DNA of 61,593 nucleotides, counting the filler, from Hausera hauseri (lineage: Eukaryota): the NCBI GenBank assembly GCA_046269625.1. It is 10 parts of 10 records of this genome, joined end to end, with 100 filler letters (N's around TTAATTAATTAA, not from the genome) between each part and the next. Parts side by side here need not be neighbours in the genome. Positions count along the whole stretch, not along the records: positions 50,618 to 56,748 come from JBJURY010135873.1; positions 56,849 to 61,593 come from JBJURY010452468.1; 8 more parts are not named here. One strand, written 5' to 3'. Of this stretch, positions 50,790 to 61,593 are shown piece by piece (the stretch's first letter is position 1; the number at the start of each line of letters is the position of its first letter). The position numbers and the translations under genes were made by a program. The notes below the pieces were generated by a model that ran no database searches, was not told where the DNA came from, and saw nothing but the letters and a program-made list of their open reading frames with translations.

Positions 50790-51072
50790 TGCTTTGTTCC
50801 ATGGTATGACTTTGTTCAATACCGCTTTGTTCAAAACCCCTTTGTTCAAAACCCCTTTGTTCAAAACCCCTTTGTTCAGGGTGGGAAATCGGCGCCATAT
50901 TGCTTTGTTCCGCCAAAATTTAAACAAAAAGGTGGTGGAGCCAACTTCTTCCCTGATTGGTCAGTTTTCCTTACACATTTTCTTTCCCCCGATGACGTGG
51001 CCGCTTCCCATTCGCCAGTTTTCCTTCCCCCGATGACGTGGCCGCTTCCCATTCGCCAGTTTTCCTTCCCCG
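50790..51072. repeat. Subterminal-like repeats after polB: 15-bp CTTTGTTCAAAACCC x4 and a duplicated unit of about 42 bp containing TGACGT
   Basis: Directly visible; also contains ATTGG (CCAAT box). The position is compatible with a Polinton terminal repeat. Confidence 0.6.
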
Positions 51073-51084
51073 GGGGGGGGTAGT

Positions 51085-54000
51085 GGCTCGAAGTCATCAC
51101 ATCCTACTACTAACGCTGACCCCTACAACTCCCTCTACTCTGCAATACTTAAGCTTACTGAACCTTCTATAGACTTAATAATCCAAAAATACTTCAATGA
51201 CAACACCTTGGGCAATACCAAACTCTCAGATTTTCTTCGAACTTCTTTATCGCAACTGAGTACGCTAGGCGTAACACAATCAACCAGTTCCGATGTCTTA
51301 AGACGCTATTTTCTGAAATCCTTGTCCAAGGAAATTCGAGCCCTTCTAACAGTCGTTGAGGACAGTGCATCACTGGAAAAATTGGCACAGTTGGCTGACA
51401 AAAGCTTTGATATACTACACAGTCAAAATCAACCGACAATTGCAGCAGCACTGAAAACACCAACAATACACAATCAAAACACAATAAAAAACATTTATAA
51501 TCAGATTCAATCATTACACATAGTGAATGTCGCACAACGACAAGCAATTACAGCCATCACAGATAAGCGCAATCAAATGACAGTGCCAGGCAAATGTTTT
51601 TCTGGGAATCAATAGCTTCCCACAAGATCGAGTCGTTCTTCGAGCAACAGTTCTCCTGTGCGCGGTTTGACCTGCTTTTTTCACTCCAAATATAAGCAGA
51701 ATGCAAATAAATGCTGCATAGGATGCAGATTTTACAATCAAAGCTTGATATCAAATGACGACGTCTTCATTTATCACAATACATTTCGCAACAATGCCTG
51801 CAAAAGCATACAAAGCTGTAAATTTTACAATTCTTCGGCACAGTCACACTCAACAACGCATTCAAAAAACTAACCACGCCACCAGAAGTCACGGCAACTT
51901 TTGGTTAAGGCTCAGACGCTTCATTCAACAGTGGTAATGCATTCTTTGCTGTCTTTACACTGCAGGCTACCATTACGTCTAAAAATTCTTCCGTCTCTTT
52001 CCTCATTGATACTGGAGCTTTAGTCCCACTTCTTCCTCTTTCTATGAATCGCAAAAATCTTTTTCAATCAGTAAACCCTTATTTACAACCAATGATGAAC
52101 AGTTGCGCACCATTGTCACAGCAAATCTTTCCTTTTCCCTATCAGGTTTCTCTGAATCTTTTTCTTGAAAATTTACAATAGCCAATGTTCAAAGTCCAAT
52201 CCTTAGATCAGACTTTCTTTCACATTACAATTTAGTGGTCAGTTGTAGACAGCGTCGTTTGATTAGAAGTCCTTCCTCCAAAATTTTAACAATTTCATCG
52301 GTTTTACATTCAATTTTACCAGCGTGGATTCAGTTATAAGACCGAATATCAAATCAATTTTAAAAAATAAAAATTTTGTAAATAATCTTGTACATTATGA
52401 TACCTCGAATACCTATATTTCGAGCGTTGAGAGTAATGAGTCTGCCTCTTCCGGCAACATCATCTCAAAAACCACCGTACCCAATGATCAAGTGTCCACG
52501 TCATCATCATCCTTCATCCAACTCTCATCCGATCTTCAAGCATTTGTCACTGCTCAATGCTTAAGAACTCTCAAAAAAAGATTCATTCTTTAAGCCTCGC
52601 TCCAACACATTTCACCACATTGTTACCTCTCATCAACGTCCAATTCGGAAAAAAGTGCGACCTCTTTTACCACGTCGCAAAAAAGCCGTTGCTAAAAATT
52701 TTCAGACTTTAGAGAACGCTGGCATCATCAGACGTTCCAAACCACCATGGGCATCATTATTACACGTCGTGCCCAAGAAAGACGGCACTTTCAGACCTTG
52801 TGGTAACTATCGCCAACGAAACCCCATTATAATCATGGACGCATATCCATTGCCTCTAATCAACGACATCTTGCACAGACTGCATGGTAAAACAATTTTT
52901 TCGTCCATCGATCTTCATAAGGCATATAACCAAATTCCTGTTGCCCGGCTAACATACCGAAAACGGCTGTAATAATACCATTCGGTCTATTCAAATATGT
53001 CTATATGCCTTTTGGGCTTGGCAGTTCCTCACAGACTTTCCAAAGGCACATTGATACAGTTCTTGCTGGACTAGACTTTGCTTTCCCATATATAGACTAC
53101 ATTCTTATCGCTTCGTCATCCCCCAAACAGCATGCGGAACACTTGCGCATAATTTTCCAGCGCTTGCACCAGAACAACCTTGAAGTAAACTTTGCGAAAT
53201 GCTGTTTTTTTAACATAAAATTAACTTTCTTGGACACGTTATCACCCAATCTGGCCATTCACTCCAACAAGATCGCATCACTCAACTCAAAAATGTCCAT
53301 CTACCACGCACATCAACAGAAATGCGCTCCTTCCTCCGAACACTTCACTTCGTGCACAAGTATGTGCCTCACTGTTTAACACTTACGGCACCATTCGCCT
53401 CACTCAGCTCCGGTACGAAGAAACAGCTTATTCACTGGACTGCTAACTTAGTCAATTCTTTCGAACACCACAAGGATAGTTTAAAAACTGTTGAAATCCT
53501 TGCATACCCTGATCCACATTTGGAACTTTTATTAACAACTGACGCCTCTACCACAGCAGCAGGCGCAATACTGCATCAACTGAAGAACGGTTCCCATGAA
53601 CCCCTTGAATTCTTCTCGCGAAAATTCTCGAAAGTAGAACAACTCTACTCGACGTTCGACAGGGAACTTCTCGCAATGGTCCTAGCATTAAAGCATTTCA
53701 AATGTCTTTTAATTTCACGCACATTCATCATTCAAACGGACCACAAGCCTCTACTTTATATTCTCACTATGAAATCTCCATCTCCACGTCAAGAGAGACA
53801 GATTTCATATCTTTCAACCTTCGCGTTCGAAATAAAACATATTTTAGGGGTTGACAATTTAGTGGCTGATTTTTTGTCGCGCTCCGTCGACTCTATCACA
53901 TTTGCACCAATTTTTGATAGTAAGTAACTCCAACGGAATTTGCCAGACGAGTCTATTCCCTCCGCCTTCAAATCTTACAAAATCGTTGATGGAGTAGCTT

Positions 54001-55700
54001 TGAACACCTCTAATCCTGGGTTTACTAAAATTATTCTATCACCTTCTTTGCAAAAAACCGCTTTCACCAATATCCATTCTTTGCATCATCCAGGATCCAA
54101 AGATACTTATCGCCTTCTTAAACGCCAAGTTATATGGCCATCAATGAAAGCAGATATGCAGGATTAAATTAGGGAGTGTGTGGAATTCCAGAAGTTTAAA
54201 GTAGCCAAACATTTCAAGCCGCCACTCTATCATTTTCCCTGCACATCACCTTTCGACACCGTCCACATCGACATAGTCGGACCTCTTACACCTGACAACG
54301 GCCATCAATTCATTCTCACAATGATGGATCGTGCTTCTAGATGGCTAGAAGCCATTCCGCTTCGCTCAACGAACAATGACATCATTGTAGATGTCTTCAT
54401 ACGCACATAGCTCAGCAGATTCGGCTTACCTAAATACATAATCAGTGATCAAGGCCCCCAATTTGAGTCGAATTTTTTTAAATCATTAGTAAATCGACTG
54501 GGGATCAAGCATATTCATACAACAGCATATTATCTTCAGTCAAATGGGCTACTGGAGCGTTTTCATCGTACTACGAAAATCTCCCTTAAAATTCTAGCTG
54601 ACACCAATCAACACTGGATAAACCTTCTTCTTACGTTCTACTGGGATGGCGAAACACCCCATTTACAACCACTGGCTGTTCTCCGTCCGAGGCACTCTTT
54701 GGTACACCAGTGCGTGCAGTGTTCGAGTTGGCGAAATGTGATGAAGCACCCACTAACGAAACAATCCGGGCAGCGCAGGAGCACTTTGTTGCGTTGAATA
54801 GCGATTCTTTCTGCAGAATTCTAAATCACGACAAAGCATACATTCCAGACACTCTATATACAGCCAAATTTGTCTAGCTAAAGAATCCAGTGTCGCATGG
54901 GTTCCAACCTCAGTACGTTGGGCCATTCAAGTGAATTCGTATGAACTCACATACTGCTACAATCCTCAAAAACGGAAAAGAATGCTCGGTGCATATCACT
55001 AACATCAAACCAGCATTCTTTATCGATGACAACCCTGATTATTCTGTTCCGCTTCGCAGAAATTCCTTTCTTGATGTTTTTATCAAACCTTTTAATCCAC
55101 CTCTCAACAAACTTCTCTTTGACTTTTTATCTCAGCCTTCACTAAGCCTTCAATTCCGTCCTAATACTTCTTCTCATCCTTCGTCAAACGCACAATGTTC
55201 TAATTCTTCTTCATTTTACAATAACAGCTCGCTTAATACCTTTCCTCAATCTTCCTCAGACCTTCAATCTTTCAAACCTACTTTACCTTTCTCATCTTTG
55301 TTTTCAAGTTATTTTCCTTCACAGTCTTCATTCTCTTCGACGTACACAACGTCAAACACTAAATCCAAAGATCTAACAAATCTTCCGCCGCTACATACCT
55401 CTCTGCAACCTAACACAACGCACACAAACAAAACAAGCAAAGTAACATTCAACACGTACAGTAGGGGAAAAATCATTAGAAAATATTCAACGTTCTGTCC
55501 GCACTAAGACTGACTGAAATAAACATTTTTTTCTTGGTGCCTTTCATTTCCTTTCTGCTTTGCTTTTATAGTTTTCAGTTCAGCGACGGGGAGAGGTGAT
55601 GTGGTGCCCCGGGCGTGGTGGCGGCGGCCCGGCCTTTGTTCTGTTGTGCCGTGTGTTGGGATATGTTCTCTCTTGTCCGGAATTCGGCAGCTCTGAAGCA
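51085..55700 (+). mobile_element. Decayed, near-complete Ty3/Gypsy element (gag, protease, RT, RNase H, integrase, PPT and start of the 3' LTR)
   Basis: gag with a C..H..Y...A.KC...C knuckle; FLIDTGA; PWASLLHVVPKKDG, MPFGL, YIDY; TTDAS, YSTFDRELLA; VHIDIVGPL, SDQGPQFES. Purine tract GGGGAGAGGTGA followed by TG at about 55600. Confidence 0.95.
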
Positions 55701-55714
55701 CTTGGAACAAAACA

Positions 55715-56680
55715 AAAAAAATCAAATGAATTCACACATTACGTATGGATAAAGAATTTCAAGCGTCTGGTCAGATCCTAAATTATGATACACACAAAAA
55801 GAATCGAAGTATGCAAAAGATGTCTGTCCTATTTCAGTGGTGATGCAGCAGTGGACAAGCTGCAGGAGCACAAGATGTACTGATACAACAATTATTGTAT
55901 TAGACCAGAATTTCCCAAGGAGAACTACATCGAATTTAAAGATTTTAAGAAGATGATCAAAGTTCCAATAGTCATTTATTGCGACTTTGAAGCAATCTTA
56001 ATTCCAGTTCAGAGCTGCAGCCCCAATCCACAACATAGCAGCACAACAGTCAACCAATATCACGAACTTTCATCATATTGAATGTATGCCAAAGGACTGG
56101 ACAAAGACCTATTTCTATTCAGAGGTCCAAATGGCGCAGCACATTTTATGAAGAGATTAGAAGACATGGCTCAGAATTAAAATTGTGCAGCAACAACACA
56201 AGGAGTTGGATACAATGACCATGTCAAAGAATAAACATGAAGAGTGACACCGGGCATCAACATGCTACTTGTGCTCCAAAGCATTCACTAAGGAGAATCA
56301 TACAGTAAGGGATAATTACCATTTTACAGGCAAATATCAAGGCGCAGCCTGCAACAACTGCTGTCTACGTTGCAAAATATGTACATCTGTGCCTGTACTG
56401 TTCCACAACCTCAGTGGAGATGATTCCCATTTCATTTCCAAGTAAAGAAGCGGGCTAAAGGGGTTCAAAGGACAACTATGCCAAGATCACTTTTGCGGAT
56501 TATGTGAGAGTTCTGCAGGAGCACACTCATATCATATCAGAGATGGGCAGGACCCTGTCTCACAACCATAAAATTCAATCAGCTCAACTGCGAAAAAAGA
56601 GCTTTGATTGGATTGATGACAAGAGACAGATCCTAGAAGATGGAAACCTCACACTACCTCACGGGCATGCTGCATTGTGA
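55715..56680 (+). pseudogene. polB: Third Polinton PolB remnant, with a large internal deletion
   Basis: THYVWIKNFKRL, CKRCLSYF, IVIYCDFEA, RDNYHFTGKYQGAACNNC, VLFHNLSGDDSHFI, then directly KRAKGV...DDKRQILEDG.LTLPHGH. Confidence 0.9.
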
Positions 56681-57758
56681 ATATGTAAATAGCTTTGCTG
56701 TATTGTTTTTATTACGTGTTGTATTGTTCTATCAATAAATCTTGTTCANNNNNNNNNNNNNNNNNNNNNNNNNNNNNNNNNNNNNNNNNNNNTTAATTAA
56801 TTAANNNNNNNNNNNNNNNNNNNNNNNNNNNNNNNNNNNNNNNNNNNNTGCAGGGATGACGTAGTTTTAAGGGGAGACAACTTTTGAGATGTTTTAAGGG
56901 CTTCAGAGATTTTTGTTGTAAGGGGAGAAAGAACCCTTCCCAGGGTTGCTGAGTTATCCGCATGCGTCATTCGCACTGAGTCAAGGTCACCGGTTTGCGG
57001 ACAAGGGGTCGAAGTCATCGGGTCATCTGCAGGGTCATTAGGTCGTCTGTAGGGTCGCTGAGTCATCCGCGTGCATTTCTTGGTTAGTTTTTTGTCAGTG
57101 GGGACGTGTACAGATTTGTTTTTGGGTCACCAGTCTTGCGAAGCTAGCAGGAGTGGTGGCAACTTTCTTAGGATGTAGCTATCATGTGAGCATAGGTGGG
57201 ATTCTTTTGTAGAGGGGGACGCACAGTAGGTTATAGTGGGAGTCTGAAGAGCAGAAGTGTGATCAGCTCTCTGGAGGCGCTGCTTGAGAAATGACTGGAG
57301 GTTTGATTGAGCAGTGTCAGCATCACCCCAGACCACCGTGGAAATGTTCAGTAATTTTTAAACACACACACACAAACACACGAGAAATACAACATAATAC
57401 CGTTTTATATTTACATTGTTTTATTTAAATTAAAATGTTTACAAAGCTTTTTCGAGTTCAGGTCTCTTTCTTCTTTTTGTGAAAAGGTTTGACTCTCGCG
57501 GTTTCGTCGTGCATTTGTTCATGTAACTGTTCATTTGAAGTTCTGTGCGCTGACTAATCAAAGGAAGATACACAGTTCTGTAAATAAGTGTTTGATGGGT
57601 TTTGCATCGACTCGGTGTACACAAAGGACTATATAGGATCGCTTTGCATGATGGACATGTCATAAAATGATAAAAAGTTTTGTAAAGGTTTGGTGTCAAT
57701 GAATGACATACGGTTTGGCAGAAGTTCGGTTTGCCACATTGGTTTGCGGACACGGCTG

Positions 57759-58031
57759 TCATTTCGGAACATCTTTTGGAACTGTCGTTATGCACTTGAC
57801 GGCGGATAAAATATCATTCTGCAAGGTCATGAGTTGTTTAAACTCTTCGTAGGTATGCGAGATGGCTGCTTTCATCGGGAACTTTTTGTCGCTTTCACCA
57901 AAGTATCTCCTGATATGTATCAATAATCTGCTTCTATACAGGGAAACCGTAACTAACTTGACTGGCCCTATCCGTTTTGCCAGCACCGCATCATTGGTCA
58001 TGTAGACGTTGTTATAAAACCATGTAAACAT
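57759..58031 (-). CDS. PC4/Sub1-like ssDNA-binding transcription cofactor, intronless; may extend to 57439 via a frameshift
   Basis: IGPVKLVTVSLYRSRLLIHIRRYFGESDKKFPMKAAISHTYEEFKQL..LQNDILSAV, versus recalled PC4 [24 protein letters not shown]...[28 protein letters not shown]. Confidence 0.8.
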   Translation of the reverse strand: MFTWFYNNVYMTNDAVLAKRIGPVKLVTVSLYRSRLLIHIRRYFGESDKKFPMKAAISHTYEEFKQLMTLQNDILSAVKCITTVPKDVPK

Positions 58032-58169
58032 TTTGAAACAGAAAGACCCTTATGCGCGTGAGTTGCTTATATACCATTATATTCAGTTTTGTCCGGTTTT
58101 TATTAAGTCATAGTTATTTATAGAATAAATTCAAATTTGTTTTATTTAGCCAAGGTCACACGTGGCGCA

Positions 58170-61142
58170 ATAGGGGTGCTGGAGTGGTTCAGGTCGTCTT
58201 CATCACGCTTATGGGAGCCTGCTTGGTCGTGTAATTCATATTTTCTGTTAAGGCTGGGTATCATAATGAAGCGGGACGTGGTTTATTTCGTCCTAATCAT
58301 GTTTATGCATGCGTATGGGAGCCTGTTGCATTACAGGCAAATCATATTTGGGTCATATTTTCTGTTAATGAAACATAGTGGGCTGGAGGTAGTTTAAGAC
58401 GTCTTCTTCATGCTGGGTCAAGGGAAAGTCATATTTGGGCCATATTTTCTGTTAAGGTTGGGTATCATAAGGGAGCAGGGGTTTATGGTCACCGCAGGGG
58501 CATATTTTCCACTAAGGTTGGGTATCATAAGGGTGCTGGAGGCGATTTAGGTTGTCTTCTTCATACTTATATCTGCTTATGGGTGCATGTTTGGTCAATG
58601 AAGGGTCATATTTTCTGTTAATGTTGGCCATCATAAGGGGGCTGGAGGTTGTTTAGGTCGTCTTCTTCATGCTTAGGCATGCTTATGGGAGCATGTGTCG
58701 GCATGTTTTCATGTCAGGGACTTCGCCATGTTGGCATCTTTCCACGTCGACACCTTCCATGATGACAACTTTCATCTTGGTGATTTTGTCATGTCGGCAA
58801 CTTTTCATGCTGGCAACTTTCATGTTGCAAGTTTTCATGTGGACATCCTTTCATACTGTTACATTTTCAAGTCGGCGACTTATGTCGATGACTTCTCATG
58901 TTGACAACTTTCATGTCGACAACTTCTCATGTCGACAACTTTCATGTCGACAACTTTCATATTGCAAGTTTTCATGTTGGTAAATTTTCATATCGGCGAT
59001 TTTGTCTTGGCGGCGACTGCTCAATATTTAATGTCGACCACTTTTTGTCATTTCTGGCAATTTTTTGTCATGCTGAACACTTTTTTGTCATGTCAGTCAT
59101 ATTTTTAAAGCCTCCGATTTCTTTTCATATCGGCCACATTTTTGTCAAGTCGCCCACTTTTCTATCGTGTTGGCAATTTAGTTTCATTGTCGACCAGTTT
59201 TCATGTTGGTAATTTTCATGTTAACATCCTGTCATGTCGGCAACTTTCATGTCAAATACTTTTCATGTTGGTGAATTTTCATGTCTGCAACTTTTCATGT
59301 TGACAACTTTTATGTTGACAGCTTTATATCCCAACACCCTTTAATGTCGGCGACTTTTCATGTCGAAAACTTACATGTCGACAACGTTTTCATGTCAACA
59401 ACCTTCCTATCGGCATCTTTTCAGAAAGATCACGTGATAACAAAAACAGAAACGCAAAATTTTTTAAAAAATTCAGAAAACGAGGAACATACAAATGACA
59501 GAAAAGAGTCCAACCTAAAAAGGAAAATGAAAAAAAATAAACGTTAGAAATGACAAAATTTTAAAAATAATTTTTTGCGTTTCTAATTTTGTTATCACGT
59601 GACCTTTGTCATGTGACAATTATCACGTGACTTTTGTCCGTTACCTTTTCCGTTTCTCACGAAAACCTCGAGAGCAAGTCTGGACATGTTTGAGAAACTG
59701 ACCCGAAGTCGCTGACTCATGCAGAAGACTCAGTGACCCTGCGTATGACCACTACCCTCAGAATAAGAATTGGCCGATATGACAAAATTGAAGACGTGAA
59801 AAATTGCCAACATAACTGTTGTCGATACAAAGGTTGTCGCCATGAAAATTGCCAAAATGGAAAGTCGCCAACATGACAAAGTCGCCGACATGACAAACGT
59901 GCTGACATGAAAGTTGTAGACATGAAAATTAACCAACATGAAATGATGCTGACATAAAGGTTGTTTATATGAAAACATTATCGACTTATAAGTTGTTGAC
60001 ATGAAACGTTGCAGACATGAAAAGTTGTCGTTATGAGAAGCTGTAAACGTGAAGGTGGATGACATGAAAATTTGCAGGCATGACAATTTACTAACATGAA
60101 AAGTTGTCGACATGAAAAGATGTTAACATGAAAAAAAATTACCAACACGAAAAGTTGTCGACATTGAAACAAAATGACCTAAATGACACAAAAGTGGGCG
60201 ACAAGACAAAAATGTGGCCGACATGAAAAAAGTGGTCGGTATAAAAATGGTCGACATGAAAAATATGGCCGACATGAAAAACAAGGCCGACATGACAACA
60301 AAGTAGTCGACATGATAAAAAACTGGCTGACGTGACAAAAATGTGGCCGACATGAAAAACTGAGAAGTCACCGTCAGGACAAAGTGGCCAACATAAATAT
60401 TTACCAACATAAATACTTGCAATATGAAAGCTGTCGACATGAAAGTTGTCGACATGAGAATTCGTCGACACGACACAGTCGCCCACATAAAAAGTTGTCG
60501 ACATGGCAGTTGTCTACCTGGAAAGATGCCAACATAACAAAGTCGCTGATATGAAAACTTGTCGACAAGACAAAGTCACCGACATAAATAGTTGTCGACA
60601 TGCCAGTGGTTGACATGAAACTTCGCAGACATGACAAAGTCGCCGAAGTTGTCGACATGAGAAGCCGCCGACATGAGAATGTCGCTGACATAAAAGTTGT
60701 TGACATGGAAAGATGCCAACATGGCTAAATCACTGACATGAAAACTCGCCGACACATGCTCTCATAAACATGCTTAAGCATGAAGAAAACGACCTCAACT
60801 ACCTCCAGCCCCTTATGATAACCAACCTTAATAGAAAATATAACCCTTCTTTGAGCAAACATGCTTCCATAAGGAGGCATAAGCATGAAGGAGACGGCCT
60901 AAACCACCTACTGCACACTAATGACACCCACAGTTAATATAAAATATGACACTGCCGTGAAACTAAACGACCCCAGCGCCCTCATGATACCCAACCTTAA
61001 CAGAAATATGACCCTGCGGTGACCCTAAACACCCCCTGTTCCTTTATGATACCAAACCTTAACGGAAAATATGACCCAAATATGACTTTCTCGTGACGCA
61101 ACATGCTCCCATAAGCATGCATAAGCATTAAGCAGACGACCT
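58170..61142. mobile_element. About 2.9-kb foldback element: long inverted arms built from an outer module of about 100 bp and an inner ~15-bp CATGTCGACAACTTT minisatellite, with a short central loop
   Basis: 58640-58760 is the reverse complement of about 60690-60815. The minisatellite orientation flips between about 59420 and 59770. A small inner inverted repeat lies at 59425-59460 / 59571-59607. Confidence 0.85.
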
Positions 61143-61169
61143 GTCTCGTCTTGTCTTGTTTTTTATCCA

Positions 61170-61593
61170 CAGTCTCTGAGCGTCAGCTCTTATTGAATTT
61201 GATGCCAATATAAGGTACTGTGCAGTTTTAATAACTGCCGTGGGCTGCCATATACGATATTGTCTATGTTAGGGTTGTCATGTAGTAGAGTCGGTCCAAG
61301 CTCCTGGAGTTCGGGACAAGACAGCAGGTGGCATTTCACCGTCTCAGTTTGGTGTGCACAATGACTGCATTCTGCTGTAGCCTCCGGGTCCAGTCTGTTT
61401 CTGTGAGATTTAATGTAGAGTGGCCAGTTCTCGACCTAAAGATCTGTTTTTGGAATTTGCGTTCAATCCTGTTGATAGCATCTTCAGTGTTGGGGGCTGT
61501 AAGGTGTCTAAAAAGTCTCCTTCCGGTTTTAGCCTGTGCCCACTTATTCATCCAATCCTCTCTACAATTATTTTTGATTATCTGTTTTGCTGT
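61170..61593 (-). mobile_element. 3' end of an I-group-like LINE ORF2 (zinc-finger region)
   Basis: WMNKWAQAKTGR...IFRSRTGH..LN, then after a frameshift ETVKCHLLSCPEL...VYGSPRQL. Confidence 0.8.

Noticed and set aside
12308-58031. Treating the polB, ATPase/integrase/TBP and PC4 segments as one continuous virus genome
   Set aside because: They are separated by artificial linkers, the shared ORF is highly diverged between contigs, and no capsid or adenain-type protease gene was seen.
58669-60706. Many short ORFs (HVDNF / CRQL / MSTTF repeats)
   Set aside because: They are translations of the 15-bp minisatellite in the foldback arms.

Overview
AT-rich, repeat-dominated animal (invertebrate-like) genomic DNA. 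It is not one locus: nine artificial linkers (about 44 N + TTAATTAATTAA + about 44 N) join ten unplaced contigs, so adjacency across linkers is not biological. Contig 1 (1-12207): a 9.7-kb array of a 48-bp satellite, a piggyBac-like end and a decayed hAT transposon. Contig 2 (12308-17636): a Polinton/Maverick-type region with a decayed protein-primed PolB, an IAP-type RING remnant and an unknown ORF. Contig 3 (17737-25316): one AGFG1 exon, then 6.4 kb of degenerate (GTT)n. Contig 4 (25417-29984): a same-strand mosaic of five unrelated host-gene fragments (SLC9/NHE, ANKHD1/Mask, PRP8, BLM, NAA15) abutting a Gypsy LTR/gag. Contig 5: a gag with four CCHC knuckles, an RNF113/Cwc24 RING fragment, a foldback element and a PDE exon. 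Contig 6: an AGC-kinase fragment and a decayed Gypsy with a possible env-like extension. Contig 7: a Polinton core (integrase, protein-X-like gene, packaging ATPase) next to a divergent TATA-driven cassette with a TBP-like gene, an unknown conserved ORF, dUTPase and a possible exonuclease start. Contig 8: SINEs and LINE fragments. Contig 9: PolB remnants around a Gypsy. Contig 10: a PC4-like gene and a 2.9-kb foldback element. The two most notable signals are the Polinton-borne basal-transcription genes (TBP-like, PC4-like) with a shared unknown gene family, and the multi-gene fragment chimera. All homology calls are by-eye motif recognition from memory; no searches were run.
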